Shown here in pieces: positions 1 to 12,289 of a DNA stretch of 64,000 nt (within the stretch, counting starts at the first letter, position 1; each line of letters opens with the position of its first letter). The stretch comes from Octopus vulgaris (Eukaryota). Below the pieces are notes generated by a model, which saw only the letters and a program-made list of their open reading frames with translations, made no database searches and was not told where the DNA came from. The DNA is taken from NCBI GenBank assembly GCA_951406725.2, contig OX597829.1:49972001-50036000 (forward strand), written 5' to 3'. Position numbers and translations under genes: made by a program.

Positions 1-126
1 ACAAAACCCCAGCAAAATTCTAACTACCATTGAAAATATACAAAATGAAAATAATTGAAAATATACAAAATGCCTTAAATAATACAACACCACAAGCTAA
101 TAAAAATAAAAATAATAATTCACAAA

Positions 127-287
127 CAGGAGTGGCTGTGTGGTAAGTAGCTTGCTTACCAACCACATGGTTCCGGGTTCAGTCCCACTGAGTGGCACCT
201 TGGGCAAGTGTCTTCTGCTATAGCCTCGGGCCGACCAAAGCCTTGTGAGTGGATTTGGTAGACGGAAACTGAAAGAAGCCTGTCGTA

Positions 288-342
<55 letters not shown>

Positions 343-574
343 TTTTGTGTGTTTGTGTGTCTGTCTTTGTCCCTCTAGCATTGCTTGACAACTGATGCTG
401 GTGTGTTTACGTCCCCGTCACTTAGCGGTTCGGCAAAAGAGACCGATAGAATAAGTACTGGGCTTACAAAAGAATAAGTCCCGGGGTCGATTTGCTTGAC
501 TAAAGGCGGTGCTCCAGCATGGCCGCAGTCAAATGACTGAAACAAGTAAAAGAGTAAAAGAGTAAAAGAGTAAA
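127..574 (+). mobile_element. SINE family A (tRNA-derived head, CORE-like CCTTGGGCAAGTG, internal (TA)n, (GTAAAAGA)n tail)
   Basis: A/B-box-like head TGGCTGTGTGG..GGTTCAGTCC; many highly similar copies in the window. Confidence 0.9.
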
Positions 575-705
575 CAATAAATGTATCTAACTCTACGATA
601 AATAATACTACAATAAATTCAATAATTATACCATACAACACAAATAATCATAACAATAGTAGGCACTACTCATCTGAACAGAAATATAAAAATAAAAATA
701 AAAAC

Positions 706-1130
706 TGCTCATGTAAAACTAAAGAATTATGCCCATTAAAATGCAATTGTAGATTTAATGTAATATACAAATGCATAGTTACACTAAGTAATAATTCCCA
801 TAGTATATACATATAGGGAGTTCCGTTAATTTTAAACAAAGATTTTTAGCACACATACACTCCTTTAAGCTGAATATAGCTATTAAAACCACGTCATTAG
901 CTACATATATACATAAACTTAAGAAAAACAAAGTTAACTATAGATTAGATTGATCAATAATAGATTCAGCCACACCATACACACAGAAATCTAATAGTTG
1001 CCGTCTTTGTATGAAGGAATCACTGTATATATTATTATATAAGCATAGGAACTTAATAAATTGTCAATCAGAAGCGCTTTCAACTTGTAGGCATAGGTTT
1101 TATAAAACCTTTAATTATTATAGGAGATAA
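706..1130 (+). pseudogene. Decayed PLE GIY-YIG endonuclease domain
   Basis: Manual translation: CSCKTKELCPLKCNCRFNVIYKCIVT..IYI (frame 1), frameshift near 812, IGSSVNFKQRFLAHIHSF..TSLATYIHKLK..LD*SIIDSATPY..CRLCMKE..NLIN..STCRH..* (frame 3); TGA at 951-953 where W is expected. Confidence 0.85.
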
Positions 1131-1774
1131 TAATAGGAGATTTAGATTAGCAACTATATATATAGGGTTATTTTTTATTCTTTATCTTGTGATATCAAAA
1201 TATAAGGTGATACTTACAAATAGATTGATAGATAAATTAATTAGAATTATTTGACTATACATACATTTACATGACATAAATTATACATTAAATAAATATT
1301 GAATAGGTATTTTTAGAATTAGAACCCTTGCACATCTAATCTATAACAAATGGACAGTTACAATTGCATTAAGTTTTAAAATTTTTAAATTTAAATTGGC
1401 ATCTTCCAATTACACAAATATAAAAGAAATACTTTGATCAATTTATAATTATATAATTTCACATACAGTTTATATTATCTAAATCTATGAACTATATTTG
1501 GAATACAGGACAATATATTGGATTTTAGACATAATTATTATGGATTAATCCAGAAGACTTACCAAGGAGGCATATATGGATTTCAAGATTCTCATACTAA
1601 AGTATATTTACCAAAATCAAAAGCAGTAATTTTTAATTTATATTTAAAAAAACACCATATTACTTCATATTTAAAAACAAAAAACTACCATTCAAAAAAT
1701 TATACAAATTTCACATTTCATATTTCTGAGGAGCAGATGTGTTGTCTATAAATGCTTATCAATATAGGATTCCA

Positions 1775-2322
1775 TTGAGAAGACCTGTTGAGTCAAGTAA
1801 AACCAATATCGTAGCTGGGGCAGGTGCCCCTGGCTGGCTCCTGTCCTGGTGACATTTAAAAAGCACCATCTGAATGTGGTCGATGTCAGGTCCACCTGAC
1901 TGGCTCCTGTGCTAGTGGCACATAAAAAGCACCAACCAAATGCAGCCTCAGACTGGCTCCCATGCAGGTGACACGTAAAAAGCACCATCTGAACGTGGTC
2001 GATGCCAGGTTTACTTGACTGGTACCAACTGATCATGACCAATGTCAGCACCTCTTGACTGGCTCCTGTGCCAGTGGCACATAATGATCCCCATCTTATC
2101 ATGATCATTGCGAGGCCCTCCTGACTGGCTCCTGTGCTAGTGGCAAGTAAAAAGCACTCACTACACTCTCGGAGTGGTTGGCATTGGGAAGGGCATCCAG
2201 CTGTAGAACCATTGCCAGATCAGATTGGAGCCTGGTGCAGCCGCTGGCTCTCGAAACCTCAGTCAAACCGTCAAACCGTCAAACCCATGCCAGCATGGAA
2301 AACGGATGTTAAATGATGATGG
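1775..2322 (+). mobile_element. Family B non-autonomous retroelement (internal ~60-66 bp tandem units, GGAAGGGCATCCAGCTGTAGAA, (GAT)n tail)
   Basis: Repeated GTGGCACGTAAAAAGCACC units; RTE-like 3' end CCATGCCAGCATGGAAAACGGATGTTAAATGATGATG; more than 10 copies in window. Confidence 0.8.
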
Positions 2323-2334
2323 CGACACACACAC

Positions 2335-2538
2335 AGGGTTGCTGAAAAGTTCCTGGTTTTGGGTAAAAGAAAATACAGGAGAATCAACTTATTCAACTTA
2401 TTCCTCTTTCAGATCCACACACTTATTGCAGTGTTCCTTCAGTGTTTTTAAGCCCTGTGAAAAAAACTTGGAAGGCTGGGCCTCTAACCAGGCCTTTCCT
2501 GATACCCTTAAAGCCAGAAACTTTTCAGCTCCATCTCA
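2335..2538 (-). mobile_element. mariner-derived MITE
   Basis: Inverted ends GCTGAAAAGTTCCTGGTTT / AAGCCAGAAACTTTTCAGC; minus strand reads HCNKCVDLKEE*VE*, like a mariner transposase C-terminus. Confidence 0.7.
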
Positions 2539-2949
2539 TTTAAAGATTAATTGTAGTGTCCCTATATTATCCTTTTGAAACACATGAGATGTTTGGAAGG
2601 GCAATGCAGAGACACTACATTTAACCTATAGAGGAAAAACATCCCTTAGTGTTGGTGAAAGGATTACAGAACACTGGCAAAAATAGAATGGAAATGTGCA
2701 GGCAGGCACCCATACTCTTTCAACATGCTTGAAATGTTAACATGTTAACCAATATGTAAAGGCACCTCTTGGTAGATTTGCTATACCAGATGCTATGTTC
2801 CAATGAATATACATAAACTTGAATGGAACTCTTTCCACTTCTGGAAATTGTATCCACTCGCTGGCATAATGAGTAAATCACAGCCATGACATAGACAGTA
2901 GCATAAACTTTAGCAGAAAACTGGATTTCTCAGTTCAATGTTTTTCTTC

Positions 2950-3320
2950 TTATTTCTTTACTGCTCACAAGGGGCTACACACAGAAGGGACAAACATAGT
3001 GCATAACTGGTACTTATTTAATCGACCCTGAAAGGATGAAAGGCAAAGTCTACCTCAGTGGAATTTGAACTCAGAACATAGCGGCAGACAAAATACCTAT
3101 TTGTTTACTACTCACAAGGGGCTACACACAGAGGGGACAAACAAGGACAGACGAATGGATCAAGTCGATTACATCGACCCTAGTGCATAACTGGTACTTA
3201 TTTAATCGACTCCAAAAGGATGAAAGGCAAAGTCGACCTCAGTGGAATTTGAACTCAGAACGTAGCGGCAGACGAAATACCGCTAAGCATTTCGCCCAGC
3301 ATGCTGACGTTTCTGCTCTT
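2950..3320 (-). mobile_element. SINE family C, two partial tandem copies
   Basis: Reverse complement of GAGTTCAAATTCC..GTCGACTTTGCCTTTCATCCTTTCGGGGTCGAT body present twice. Confidence 0.8.
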
Positions 3321-3560
3321 TTTCTTCTATTATCCTACATGACTGAGGTATGGCAGTATGAATTAGTCCTTTTTCAGCATTAACCAATCCATTCGGATAT
3401 CGGCATATATGCGACGCAGAGGTTCCATCATCAACCGAAGGCTGCACTATTAAAAACACAATCATGGCCCTTTTTTTGTGGTCCTGTTTAGTATTTCTGC
3501 AACAACTGAAGCTGACTCAGTTTGTACCACTGTAGAACTAGCACACCGAACTATGCTTAG

Positions 3561-3786
3561 TTAAGGCGGCGAGCTGGCAGAAACGTTAGCACGCCGGGCG
3601 AAATGCCTAGCGGTATTTCGTCTGCCGCTGCGTTCTGAGTTCAAATTCCGCCGAGGTCGACTTTGCCTTTCATCCTTTCGGGGTCGATAAATTAAGTACC
3701 ATTTACGCACTGGGGTCGATGTAATCGACTTAATACCCTTGTTTGTCCCCTCTGTGTTTAGCCCCTTGTGGGTAATAAAGAAATAG
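3561..3786 (+). mobile_element. SINE family C, full length with TSD
   Basis: 13-bp TSD GAACTATGCTTAG at 3548-3560 and 3787-3799; B-box GAGTTCAAATTCC. Confidence 0.9.
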
Positions 3787-3850
3787 GAACTATGCTTAGC
3801 TTACCAAAACAGTTGGTTACTTCTGAGAAACTATGCTGCTAAATCCTACA

Positions 3851-4017
3851 AGTGCAGACATGGCTATGTGGTTAAGAAGCTTGCTTTGCAACCACATGGT
3901 TTAGGGTTCAGTCCCACAGCACAGCACAGCACCTTTGGAAAGTTTCTTCTACAACAGTCCCAGGCTGGCTAATGTCTTGTGGGTGAATTTGGTAGATGGA
4001 AGCTGCATAGATGCCTG
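3851..4017 (+). mobile_element. SINE family A-related head, diverged
   Basis: TGGCTATGTGGTTAAGAAGCTTGC..GGTTCAGTCCCAC similarity to family A head. Confidence 0.65.
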
Positions 4018-4299
4018 TCCCCTTCCTTATATCTCTCACCCTACCTTCTCATCCTTGTGAACTTCCTGCCTACTCACCTTGCCTGATCCTCTGTAACACT
4101 TTATTTGTATTGACCCCGCAGTACCTTGATGGTACACCCCAACACATCTCTGCCATCTTCTCTCTCTCTCTCTCACCCTTTCTTTTCCAGCTAGGGCAGC
4201 CATCTATTTCCTCTATACCAAGACACTTGTCTCTACTCTGTTCCTACTCTAGTCCCTCATGGCACAAAGCCCCCCCCTCTCAATACTACTCCCATGCCC

Positions 4300-4565
4300 T
4301 CAGCTGAGGAGTCTTGTCTTGCAAGTTACTTGGTGACCTTGCCAGTGCTGGTGTCATGTAAAAGGCACCCAGTACCCTCTGTAAAGTGGTTGGCATTAGG
4401 AGTGGCTTCCAGTTGTAGAAACCATGCCAAAGCAAAGAGCAGAGCTTGGTACAGTCCTCTGGCTTGCCGGCTCCTTGCAAACCGTCCAACCCATGCCAGC
4501 ATGGAAAACAGATGTTAAATGATGACGATGACGATGATGATGATGATGATGATGATAATGATGAC
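4300..4565 (+). mobile_element. Family B-related 3' fragment
   Basis: AACCCATGCCAGCATGGAAAACAGATGTTAAA(TGA)n end. Confidence 0.7.
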
Positions 4566-4844
4566 ATTGATTAGCAACCAGAGTTTGTTTGTTTATGTCT
4601 TCACAATTTAGCAGTTCCGCAGAGACTGATATAAAAAATACCAGATTTAAAAAAAAAATTAGTTCTGGGGTTAATTTTCTCAACTTTTCAAGGTGGTGCT
4701 CCAGTGTGGTTGCAATTTAATAGATTAAACAGGTAAAAGATAAAAGGTATGTTGACTGAGACAATATGTCTGACATCTTCTGAACCATACCAAGTCAGTG
4801 GTAAAACGATTGGGAAAATGTTCATGTTTTGGGTTTTTTTTAAA

Positions 4845-4878
<34 letters not shown>

Positions 4879-4929
4879 GCAATGGATCCTTAGAAAAATG
4901 CTTCAGCCACAATATCTGAGACTAAATAA

Positions 4930-6150
4930 AGTTATTTACTGCACACCTTATCAAGGGCCATAATCAGACAATAAATATTAAATGCTTGGAAAATTGCACT
5001 TTTTGAGAAAGAGCTCATTTCTACATGTCATCCACTTGCCTGAGGGACTGCTGACAATTAAAGACCCGTTGGAACTCCTTCCTCCATCTCAGAGTAAACT
5101 GAAACGGAATACAAGACCAGGCTGCCATACATATTGACCCAAGCATTTGTTATGCTACACAAATGACGTTTTGAAACAATGGCACTCACTTTTGTTAGTA
5201 AACCTGTTTTTATTTTTTATCATGTATTTGAATTCTAGAGCTTTGATTCTTGTGGGCCAAGTATGCAGAAATTGGCCACCTTCCGTGATATTACCAGCCA
5301 AATCTTTTTCCAGTGGCCTACAAAGTTAATAGAGCCACTCTTACTGTTATGTCGTTATTTGGTCACCGGTGTTGTGGTAACATGTGTTGTATTATTAAAG
5401 ACCACTATCGTGCTGTCTAACTGGCTGCATGTATGATAAATGTAGAACCGCATGAACTCTTGACACATTTATTTCTGGACATGATTAACTGCATAGGCTG
5501 TTTAGAAAAGAAAGAAGCTTCATAATAAAACTGTCAACGGGGAGGAGAGAACTGTGCTGTGTCTTGTAGAAGGCTAGCTGTGGTGCTTTGTGTGTGTGAC
5601 TGTCCAAAATAATTTCTTGCTCAAGGTGGTCTGGTCTTAGCAGTCTGCCCTCTGTGAGTGCCCAGAGTGATCTACGTGAAAGCCTAAGATCATCTGGCAG
5701 AGATAAACACCAAACGGTTTTCATAGTGTGAAAAAGGATCGAATTTTATATAACCCAAGGAACTATTGCATGCTGCAACTTCACATTGATCGATTGATTT
5801 ATAGATTAATCATATGTAACTGTAGTGGCTTACTCATGATCCCTGACTGAATATCTTGTGGCCGGGGTTTGAATGTCTTACAAGTACTCTACAAAATTAA
5901 TTTGAGCCACTTTTATCAGCATGACTCGTAATCATATGATTTAAGTGTTGTTAAGTATGGATCAAATTGCCTTTGTGTGTAAGTAATGAGCAATATTGAT
6001 ATCTGTGACTCAAAGTACGACTTTGCTTTCACTTTGTTGTTGACTAACCCTTTCTTGGAAATCTCAAATGTTGTGCTTCACCAACCACAACTTATATTGA
6101 TTTCTGGGTGGCAAATTTAGACGCTCTGATTTGAGCTTAGTTTTTTTTTT
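4930..6150 (-). mobile_element. Possible highly decayed Ty3/Gypsy pol (integrase) remnant
   Basis: Minus-strand peptides SLIVSSPSGKW and LLSDYGP resemble integrase FLIVVDAxSKW and VSDNGP in the right order; many stops and frameshifts. Confidence 0.3.
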
Positions 6151-6557
6151 TTACTGATAACAAAGTAGCATCGAGTTAGCAGTATTCACTTGACAGGCAA
6201 ACGAATTCACATTATTTTAATTTTCCCCCTCTTTTATATGTGCGTGTGTGTGTATTAGCGTTACTTTTTGACACCTTACCGAACGGACTCTTCGAAATTA
6301 GTTGCATTTTCTATTTACGACCATTTCGGACTTGGACGAAAACAAAAACTCAAATTTTCGACCGTTCTGTACATAGTCTTAGAGCTGCTAAATACTGGAA
6401 CTTTGTACATTCCAAACCACGCACTTATGTAAACAAACGAAACGTATGAGGCATCCCACTTGTTTCCTGTGTCAAAACTTTTCACACTTCAATCACATAA
6501 ACACGCGGGCGCGCGTACAGCCACACGTACACAAATCTATGTATAAATTATACATGC

Positions 6558-6588
<31 letters not shown>

Positions 6589-6825
6589 TTTGCATATACA
6601 TATAGATAGATACAAAAATACATATACATAATTTTGAGTTAGTCGTACATAAATAATTCCTTTTATCATGTGTCAAAGATTTTGAGACCTTTCAATAAAC
6701 GTGTACTTCGCTTAAACTAATTGAGAAGAATTCGCTTTAACTAATTGAGAAGAATTCTGTTGCACACACACACTCAAATCCATTAAGTTCAGTCTTAAAT
6801 TGAAACTGTCGCTATTTCAGCTCAA

Positions 6826-6859
6826 ATCTATCTATCTGTCTGTCTGTCTGTCTATCTAT

Positions 6860-6953
<94 letters not shown>

Positions 6954-6985
6954 GCCTGTCTGTCTGTCTATTTATCTGTCTATCC
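6826..6985. repeat. (TCTA)n/(TCTG)n microsatellite
   Basis: Direct reading. Confidence 0.95.
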
Positions 6986-7679
6986 TTCCTTCCTTCCATC
7001 CATCCATTCACAAGCACATACGTTAACATATAGCTAAAACTTACACGTAGCAAAATACAAACATACATACATACATACTTACACACACACATACATGCAT
7101 GCATGCATGCGTATTTTACACATACCTGTCTAAACACTATGTATAGTTGAATGAAATTAAAAAAAAAATACAGCAGAAAAAGAAACGGACATATAAATAT
7201 GTACAGGGACTTTAAAATGAATATATGTATGTTTTTATGTTTATGCATTCATATACTATACGAGTGTGTGTATGTATGTGTGTGTGTGTGTGCAGAACCC
7301 TGGAGAATTGTCCCATGACCACGTAGTATGCTAGAAATAACTGCTAAAATTCCCCTTTAAAAATACCTTGCCGTCTTAAATTAAGGGATGGAGAGAGTGA
7401 ACGATGGGATGGTGACAGCTCGAAGGTCTTTCATCATAAAGGTTCGCTTCATTGAAGGCTAACCTAGAGCTGAACAGCTACTGCTGCTACAAACATCTTT
7501 TACCATACACACACACACTTATATACACTATACATACATACATACATACATATACACGTACGAGTATTTGTGAGTATGAATATATATATGCAAGACTTGG
7601 CGACAACGATGTTCATACATACTATATGTATGTATATGTATGTGTGTGCGTTAAAACTATGACATTTGCAAGTGTCACG

Positions 7680-7701
7680 TATATGTGTGTGTATTTATAT
7701 C

Positions 7702-7733
<32 letters not shown>

Positions 7734-7833
7734 TGTATGTATGTATGTATGTATGTATGCGTGTATGTATGTATGTATGTGTGTATGTATGTATGTATTT
7801 ATGTATGTATGCGTGTATGTATGTATGTATGTA

Positions 7834-7866
<33 letters not shown>

Positions 7867-8050
7867 GTATGTATGTATGTATTTATGTATGTGTGTATGT
7901 ATGTATGTATGTATGTATGCATGTATGTATGTATGTGTGTATGTATATATTTATGTATGTATGTATGTATGTGTGTATGTATGTATGTATGCGTGTATGT
8001 GTGTATGTATGTATGTATGTGTGTATGTATGTATGTATGCATGTATGTAC
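7680..8050. repeat. (ATGT)n/(GT)n compound microsatellite
   Basis: Direct reading; source of the MYVC-repeat ORFs. Confidence 0.95.
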
Positions 8051-8235
8051 ACACTGCCGATCTAAGGGTTCGATTCTGATCGATGTATGTTGTGGCTCCT
8101 CTTGTCAATTATTAAATACTACAGGGCCTCGTTGCATTTATTTGCCCGGGGTTTTATAATGCTACGAAGACAGCCCTGTATACAATATGAGTGTATATAT
8201 AATATAATATACATATATATATATATATATGTGTA

Positions 8236-8271
<36 letters not shown>

Positions 8272-8559
8272 TAGGTGTGTGCTCGTAATCGACAATCTTC
8301 CGCGTATATTTATTTACAAACAAAACACTGACTCACACACGTATATATATATATATATATATATGTGTTTGTTTGTGTGAAGTATATATATGTATGTGTG
8401 TGTGTGATGTATATATATATGTGTTTGTGTGTGATGTATACATGTGTTTGTGTGTGATGTATATATATATGTGTGTTTGTGTGTGATGTATATATATGTG
8501 TGTGTGTGTACATATTTGCCGAGTATGCTTGTTTGTTGTACATGCGTATCTGTGTACGG

Positions 8560-8795
8560 CTCTCTCTCTCTCTCTCTGTCTTTCTACCACTCTCTCTCTC
8601 TCTGCCTTTCTACCTCTGTCTCTCTCTCTCTGCCTTTCTACCACTCTCTCTCTCTCTGCCTTTCTACCTCTCTCTCTCTCTGTCTTTCTACCTCCGTCTC
8701 TCTGTCTCTCTCTGTCTGTCTCTCTCTCTCTCTCTCTGTCTGTCTCTCTCTCTCTGTTTTTTTTATTTATTTGTTTATTTACTCTCTCTCTCTCA
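8560..8795. repeat. (CT)n-rich polypyrimidine tract with a repeated TTTCTACC sub-unit
   Basis: Direct reading. Confidence 0.9.
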
Positions 8796-8799
8796 CGCT

Positions 8800-9200
8800 T
8801 ACATAAGACGGCGACGGCGGCTGTGGTGGCGGCGGCGACGACTCGATCGGGTTAGGAGTGTGGTGATGGTGGTGGTGGCGGTGGTGATGTGGTGGTGATG
8901 GTGGAGGAGGGGGGTTTGGTTTCGTATCTTGTTACTCTTTAATAAGTGACGTGGTTCCGGTTTTGTACGTTTTGCATGGTTACAAATTTCGACACAGGCG
9001 ACGCCGTTCCTCTGTTGTTGTTGTTGTGGTGGTTTTTGTTTATTCTCAGGCGTTTCTGGTCGAGCCGCCTTTTTTCTCCTTTTCCCTTTCCTTTCTCCTC
9101 TCTTTTCCTCTTTTCCTTTTCCTCCTGGAGATTTCCCCCCCATTCCCAACCCGCCGTCGGTCCGGTCCGGTCCGGGTCGTTCGTTCGTAGTAGAGACATG
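8800..9200. promoter_or_regulatory. CpG-rich, probably bidirectional promoter / 5' UTR region
   Basis: CpG visibly enriched relative to most of the window; adjacent CRE-like GTGACGTGG (8946-8954) and ETS-like TTCCGG (8955-8960). Confidence 0.6.
8803..8940 (-). other. Putative first exon of a divergent (head-to-head) transcript
   Basis: CpG-rich segment ends on the minus strand at CGTCTTAT|GTAAGC (GT at 8802-8801), followed immediately by a (GA)n microsatellite; start position is a guess. Confidence 0.5.
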
Positions 9201-9568
9201 GTGTTCTACGAGCTACCCCAGTACGTGTCCTCGTCCTCCGTCTACATCGCTCTCTACTTGATATTCCTGCAGCTTCTCCAACACCAAACGCGAAGTTCCT
9301 CACACTGGAGACTGGAATCCAAACTTGGGAAAGTGGTTCTCGTAGACAGCGAAGAAGATGGTGGTGGTGGTGGTGCCGGAGACAACGGCGATTCCGCTTC
9401 TTCCTCGTCGTCTTCGGGAGAGAGCGAACACGAAGAAACGGAGGAGATAGACCAGATAATGGAAATACTCACTACCAAACTTATTGACAACGAAGGAAGG
9501 TGGTCTGTGAATTTACACACTCAGGAAATAAGAGACAACAACCGAAAGAAGAAGCAGTCTGCGTGGAA
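9198..9568 (+). CDS. First coding exon of a host gene; signal-peptide-like N-terminus followed by an acidic Gly/Ser-rich segment
   Basis: GACATGG Kozak context; [65 protein letters not shown]; canonical AA|GTAAGT donor at 9569 (phase 2) followed by AT-rich intron sequence. Confidence 0.8.
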
Positions 9569-9615
9569 GTAAGTTTTTTATTTTATTTCGTGGTCTTTTC
9601 CTTTTATTTTCTTTG

Positions 9616-9657
<42 letters not shown>

Positions 9658-9782
9658 TCACTTGCACATTGAAAACACTTTCAAAAGTATGTATACACTT
9701 CTAGTACACGTGGATAGTTTTATTCCTTCTATTGAACAGAATCCTTCAACAACATATCTGTCTTTTGATATTCTTCCTCCTT

Positions 9783-9869
9783 ATATATATATATGTGTGT
9801 GTGCATATATATATGTGTGTGTGTATATATATATGTATATATATATATATGTATATATGTATATATATG

Positions 9870-9902
<33 letters not shown>

Positions 9903-9990
9903 GTATATATATATATGTATATATATATATACATATATACATATACATATATATATATACATACATATATATACATATATATATATACAC

Positions 9991-10033
<43 letters not shown>

Positions 10034-10102
10034 TATACATATATATACATATATATATATATATACACATATACATATATATACACATATACATATATAT
10101 AC

Positions 10103-10139
<37 letters not shown>

Positions 10140-10401
10140 CATATATATACATATACATATATATATATACATTATACATATACATATATATATACATTAT
10201 ACATATATATATACATTATACATATACATATACATTATACATATATGTATACATTATACATATACATATATATATATATACACATATACATATATACACA
10301 CATATGATGATAATATATATGTATATATATATATATATATACATATATATGTATACACACATATATATATATATATATATTTATACATATATATATATAC
10401 A

Positions 10402-10447
<46 letters not shown>

Positions 10448-10463
10448 GTGTGTGTGTGTGTGT
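9783..10463. repeat. ~680 bp (TA)n/(TACA)n/(TG)n compound microsatellite
   Basis: Direct reading; source of the IYIY ORFs. Confidence 0.95.
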
Positions 10464-11093
10464 GAAGTTGAGTTAAACGGAATTTCGGTAAGCTTCGAAG
10501 ACGGAATGGTTCCAATTATTCTTCGACCGGGTCCGTCTCGTCTTTTGTTGAATTACTGGCACGTTGAAGTGAGTGGATTATGTATGTGTTCAGCGGACAC
10601 GTGTAACCCCTAATGTAATTCGCAGGAAGAATTCGCATGACATAATGAATGTGTGTGACGAGTGACGCGAGGTTTTGGCACTTAAGAACCTCCAAGGCGC
10701 ACTTCGTCCGACTGGGCTGGTTACGTGACACTAACAAAGTTTAGTTTGGGTCGCAACAAGGCCAACGGTGCAAGACAGCCGAAGATTCCACGCAATGAGA
10801 ATATATATTTATATATATATATATGTGTGTATATAAAGTTTATGTTGCTTACATGTTGCTTGTATTTTTGTTAGCTATACTTCAAATGTTTACGTCAACT
10901 TAGGATGAGGTCTGTGTTAGATATATATATATATAAAGTTATTTGATTATAGTTTTATGTTTGTGTATATATATATATATATATTGTGTTTATGTACATG
11001 CAGTGTTTATATTGTTATATGTATAATTATGTTTACATACATATATTTTTTGTATTTATATGCAGTTTACATCGTCGCGCGATATTTATATTT

Positions 11094-11142
<49 letters not shown>

Positions 11143-11145
<3 letters not shown>

Positions 11146-11275
11146 TTGTCCCAAAAGTTCGTAAACACTTGCGAAAATTGAATTTTTACTCGCCAAGTAC
11201 TAACAAAAACAACAAAAATTATTCCTCAAAATAAAGACCATTATTTTCCAAGACTTTCTACGAACTTTTGGGACA

Positions 11276-11279
<4 letters not shown>
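11143..11279. mobile_element. Tc1/mariner MITE inserted in a (TA)n run
   Basis: Perfect 21-bp TIRs AGGTTGTCCCAAAAGTTCGTA (11143-11163) and TACGAACTTTTGGGACAACCT (11259-11279); internal minus-strand LENNGLYFEE* like a mariner C-terminus. Confidence 0.85.
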
Positions 11280-11335
<56 letters not shown>

Positions 11336-11988
11336 TGTGTATATAGCTAGATTTATAAATATATATTTGTATTATGTTTTTATAACTATGGATCGCACAT
11401 AAATATGTTTATGTATATATATACATATATATATAGTTATGCTTATTCGTGCACTGTGTTGTGTTGTGTTGTGTTATAAATACGCGGACTATGTGTTGGG
11501 CGGATCACAACCTGGTACAAACAATGCTCCAGTGATGCAGCTTGTTTAAAAGTTTACACCAAATAACATTTAAGGTTCTAAAAGTGGACTGGATGTTGAC
11601 AAACTCGGATGCAGATTTGGCGGCATCAGCCTCTTTTTGTGAAGCTCTTGCAAAATACGTTGCCAGTTGCTTCGTGATGAGACTTTAAGCGAAAAGTTTG
11701 TAACTAACTGTTAGCAGTGTTTTGCGTTGTGAGCCACGCAAACACATAGAATGGTTCGTCGAAGTGACTGGGCTTCCAGGCATCAACCACGAATTACTCC
11801 AGGGATTCGTGCAATTGTAATTAACATAGAAAGGGACGTTGAAAGGTAGAGGAAGTGCTGAGACATCAATAATTAACCAACTTTGCAAAGACTAGTGAGA
11901 ACCGAGAAGAACGTGTAGTAGTTGAACGTATTCACTGATGTCCAACTCGACTCTGATAAAATAAACCCCAAAGCAATGTATATATAGA

Positions 11989-12282
11989 ATCATCATCATC
12001 ATCGTTTAACGTCCGTTTTCCGCGCTAGCACGGGTTGGACGGTTCGACCGGGGTCTGGGGTGCCAGGGGCTGCTCCAGGCTCCAGTCTGATCTGGTAGTG
12101 TTTCTACAGCTGGATGCCCTTCCTAACGCCAACCACTCCGCGAGTGTAGTGGGTGCTTTTTACGTGCCACCTGCACAGGTGCCAGAGGGGTCTGGCATCG
12201 GCCACGGTCGGGTTGGTGCTTTTTATGTGCCACCGGCACAGAAGCCAGTCGAGACGGGGCTGGCATCGGCCACGTTCGGATG
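11989..12282 (-). mobile_element. Family B element
   Basis: (CAT)n-CGTTTAACGTCCG..CTGGATGCCCTTCCTAACGCCAACC. Confidence 0.85.
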
Positions 12283-12289
12283 TTAAAAC

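Larger units (their letters stand above)
1..1745 (+). mobile_element. Penelope-like element (PLE) 3' remnant: Asn-rich linker, GIY-YIG endonuclease and AT-rich 3' region, interrupted by a SINE
   Basis: Very AT-rich segment containing the endonuclease remnant at 706-1130; Asn/Lys-rich reading on both sides of the SINE at 127-574; outer boundaries uncertain. Confidence 0.7.

Noticed and set aside
97-641. Recurrent ORFs such as RQASFSFRLPNPLTRLWSARGYSRRHLPK and QSFDCGHAGAPP
   Set aside because: Antisense readings of SINE A repeated throughout the window; not a gene family
951-953. In-frame TGA in the PLE endonuclease as possible selenocysteine recoding
   Set aside because: It falls at a Trp rather than a Cys position, and the copy also has a frameshift; simple TGG-to-TGA decay
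6707-6754. 24-bp tandem duplication TTCGCTT(A/T)AACTAATTGAGAAGAA
   Set aside because: Ordinary slippage duplication with no further structure
8946-9197. Upstream extension of the 208-aa ORF
   Set aside because: Begins at GTG inside the promoter motif; the first in-frame ATG in strong context that yields a signal peptide is 9198
7452-10476. Long ORFs of YVCM/IYIY/LSLS repeats (up to 321 aa)
   Set aside because: Translations of microsatellites that lack stop codons; the same applies to 30990-31437, 41006-41657 and 60279-60831
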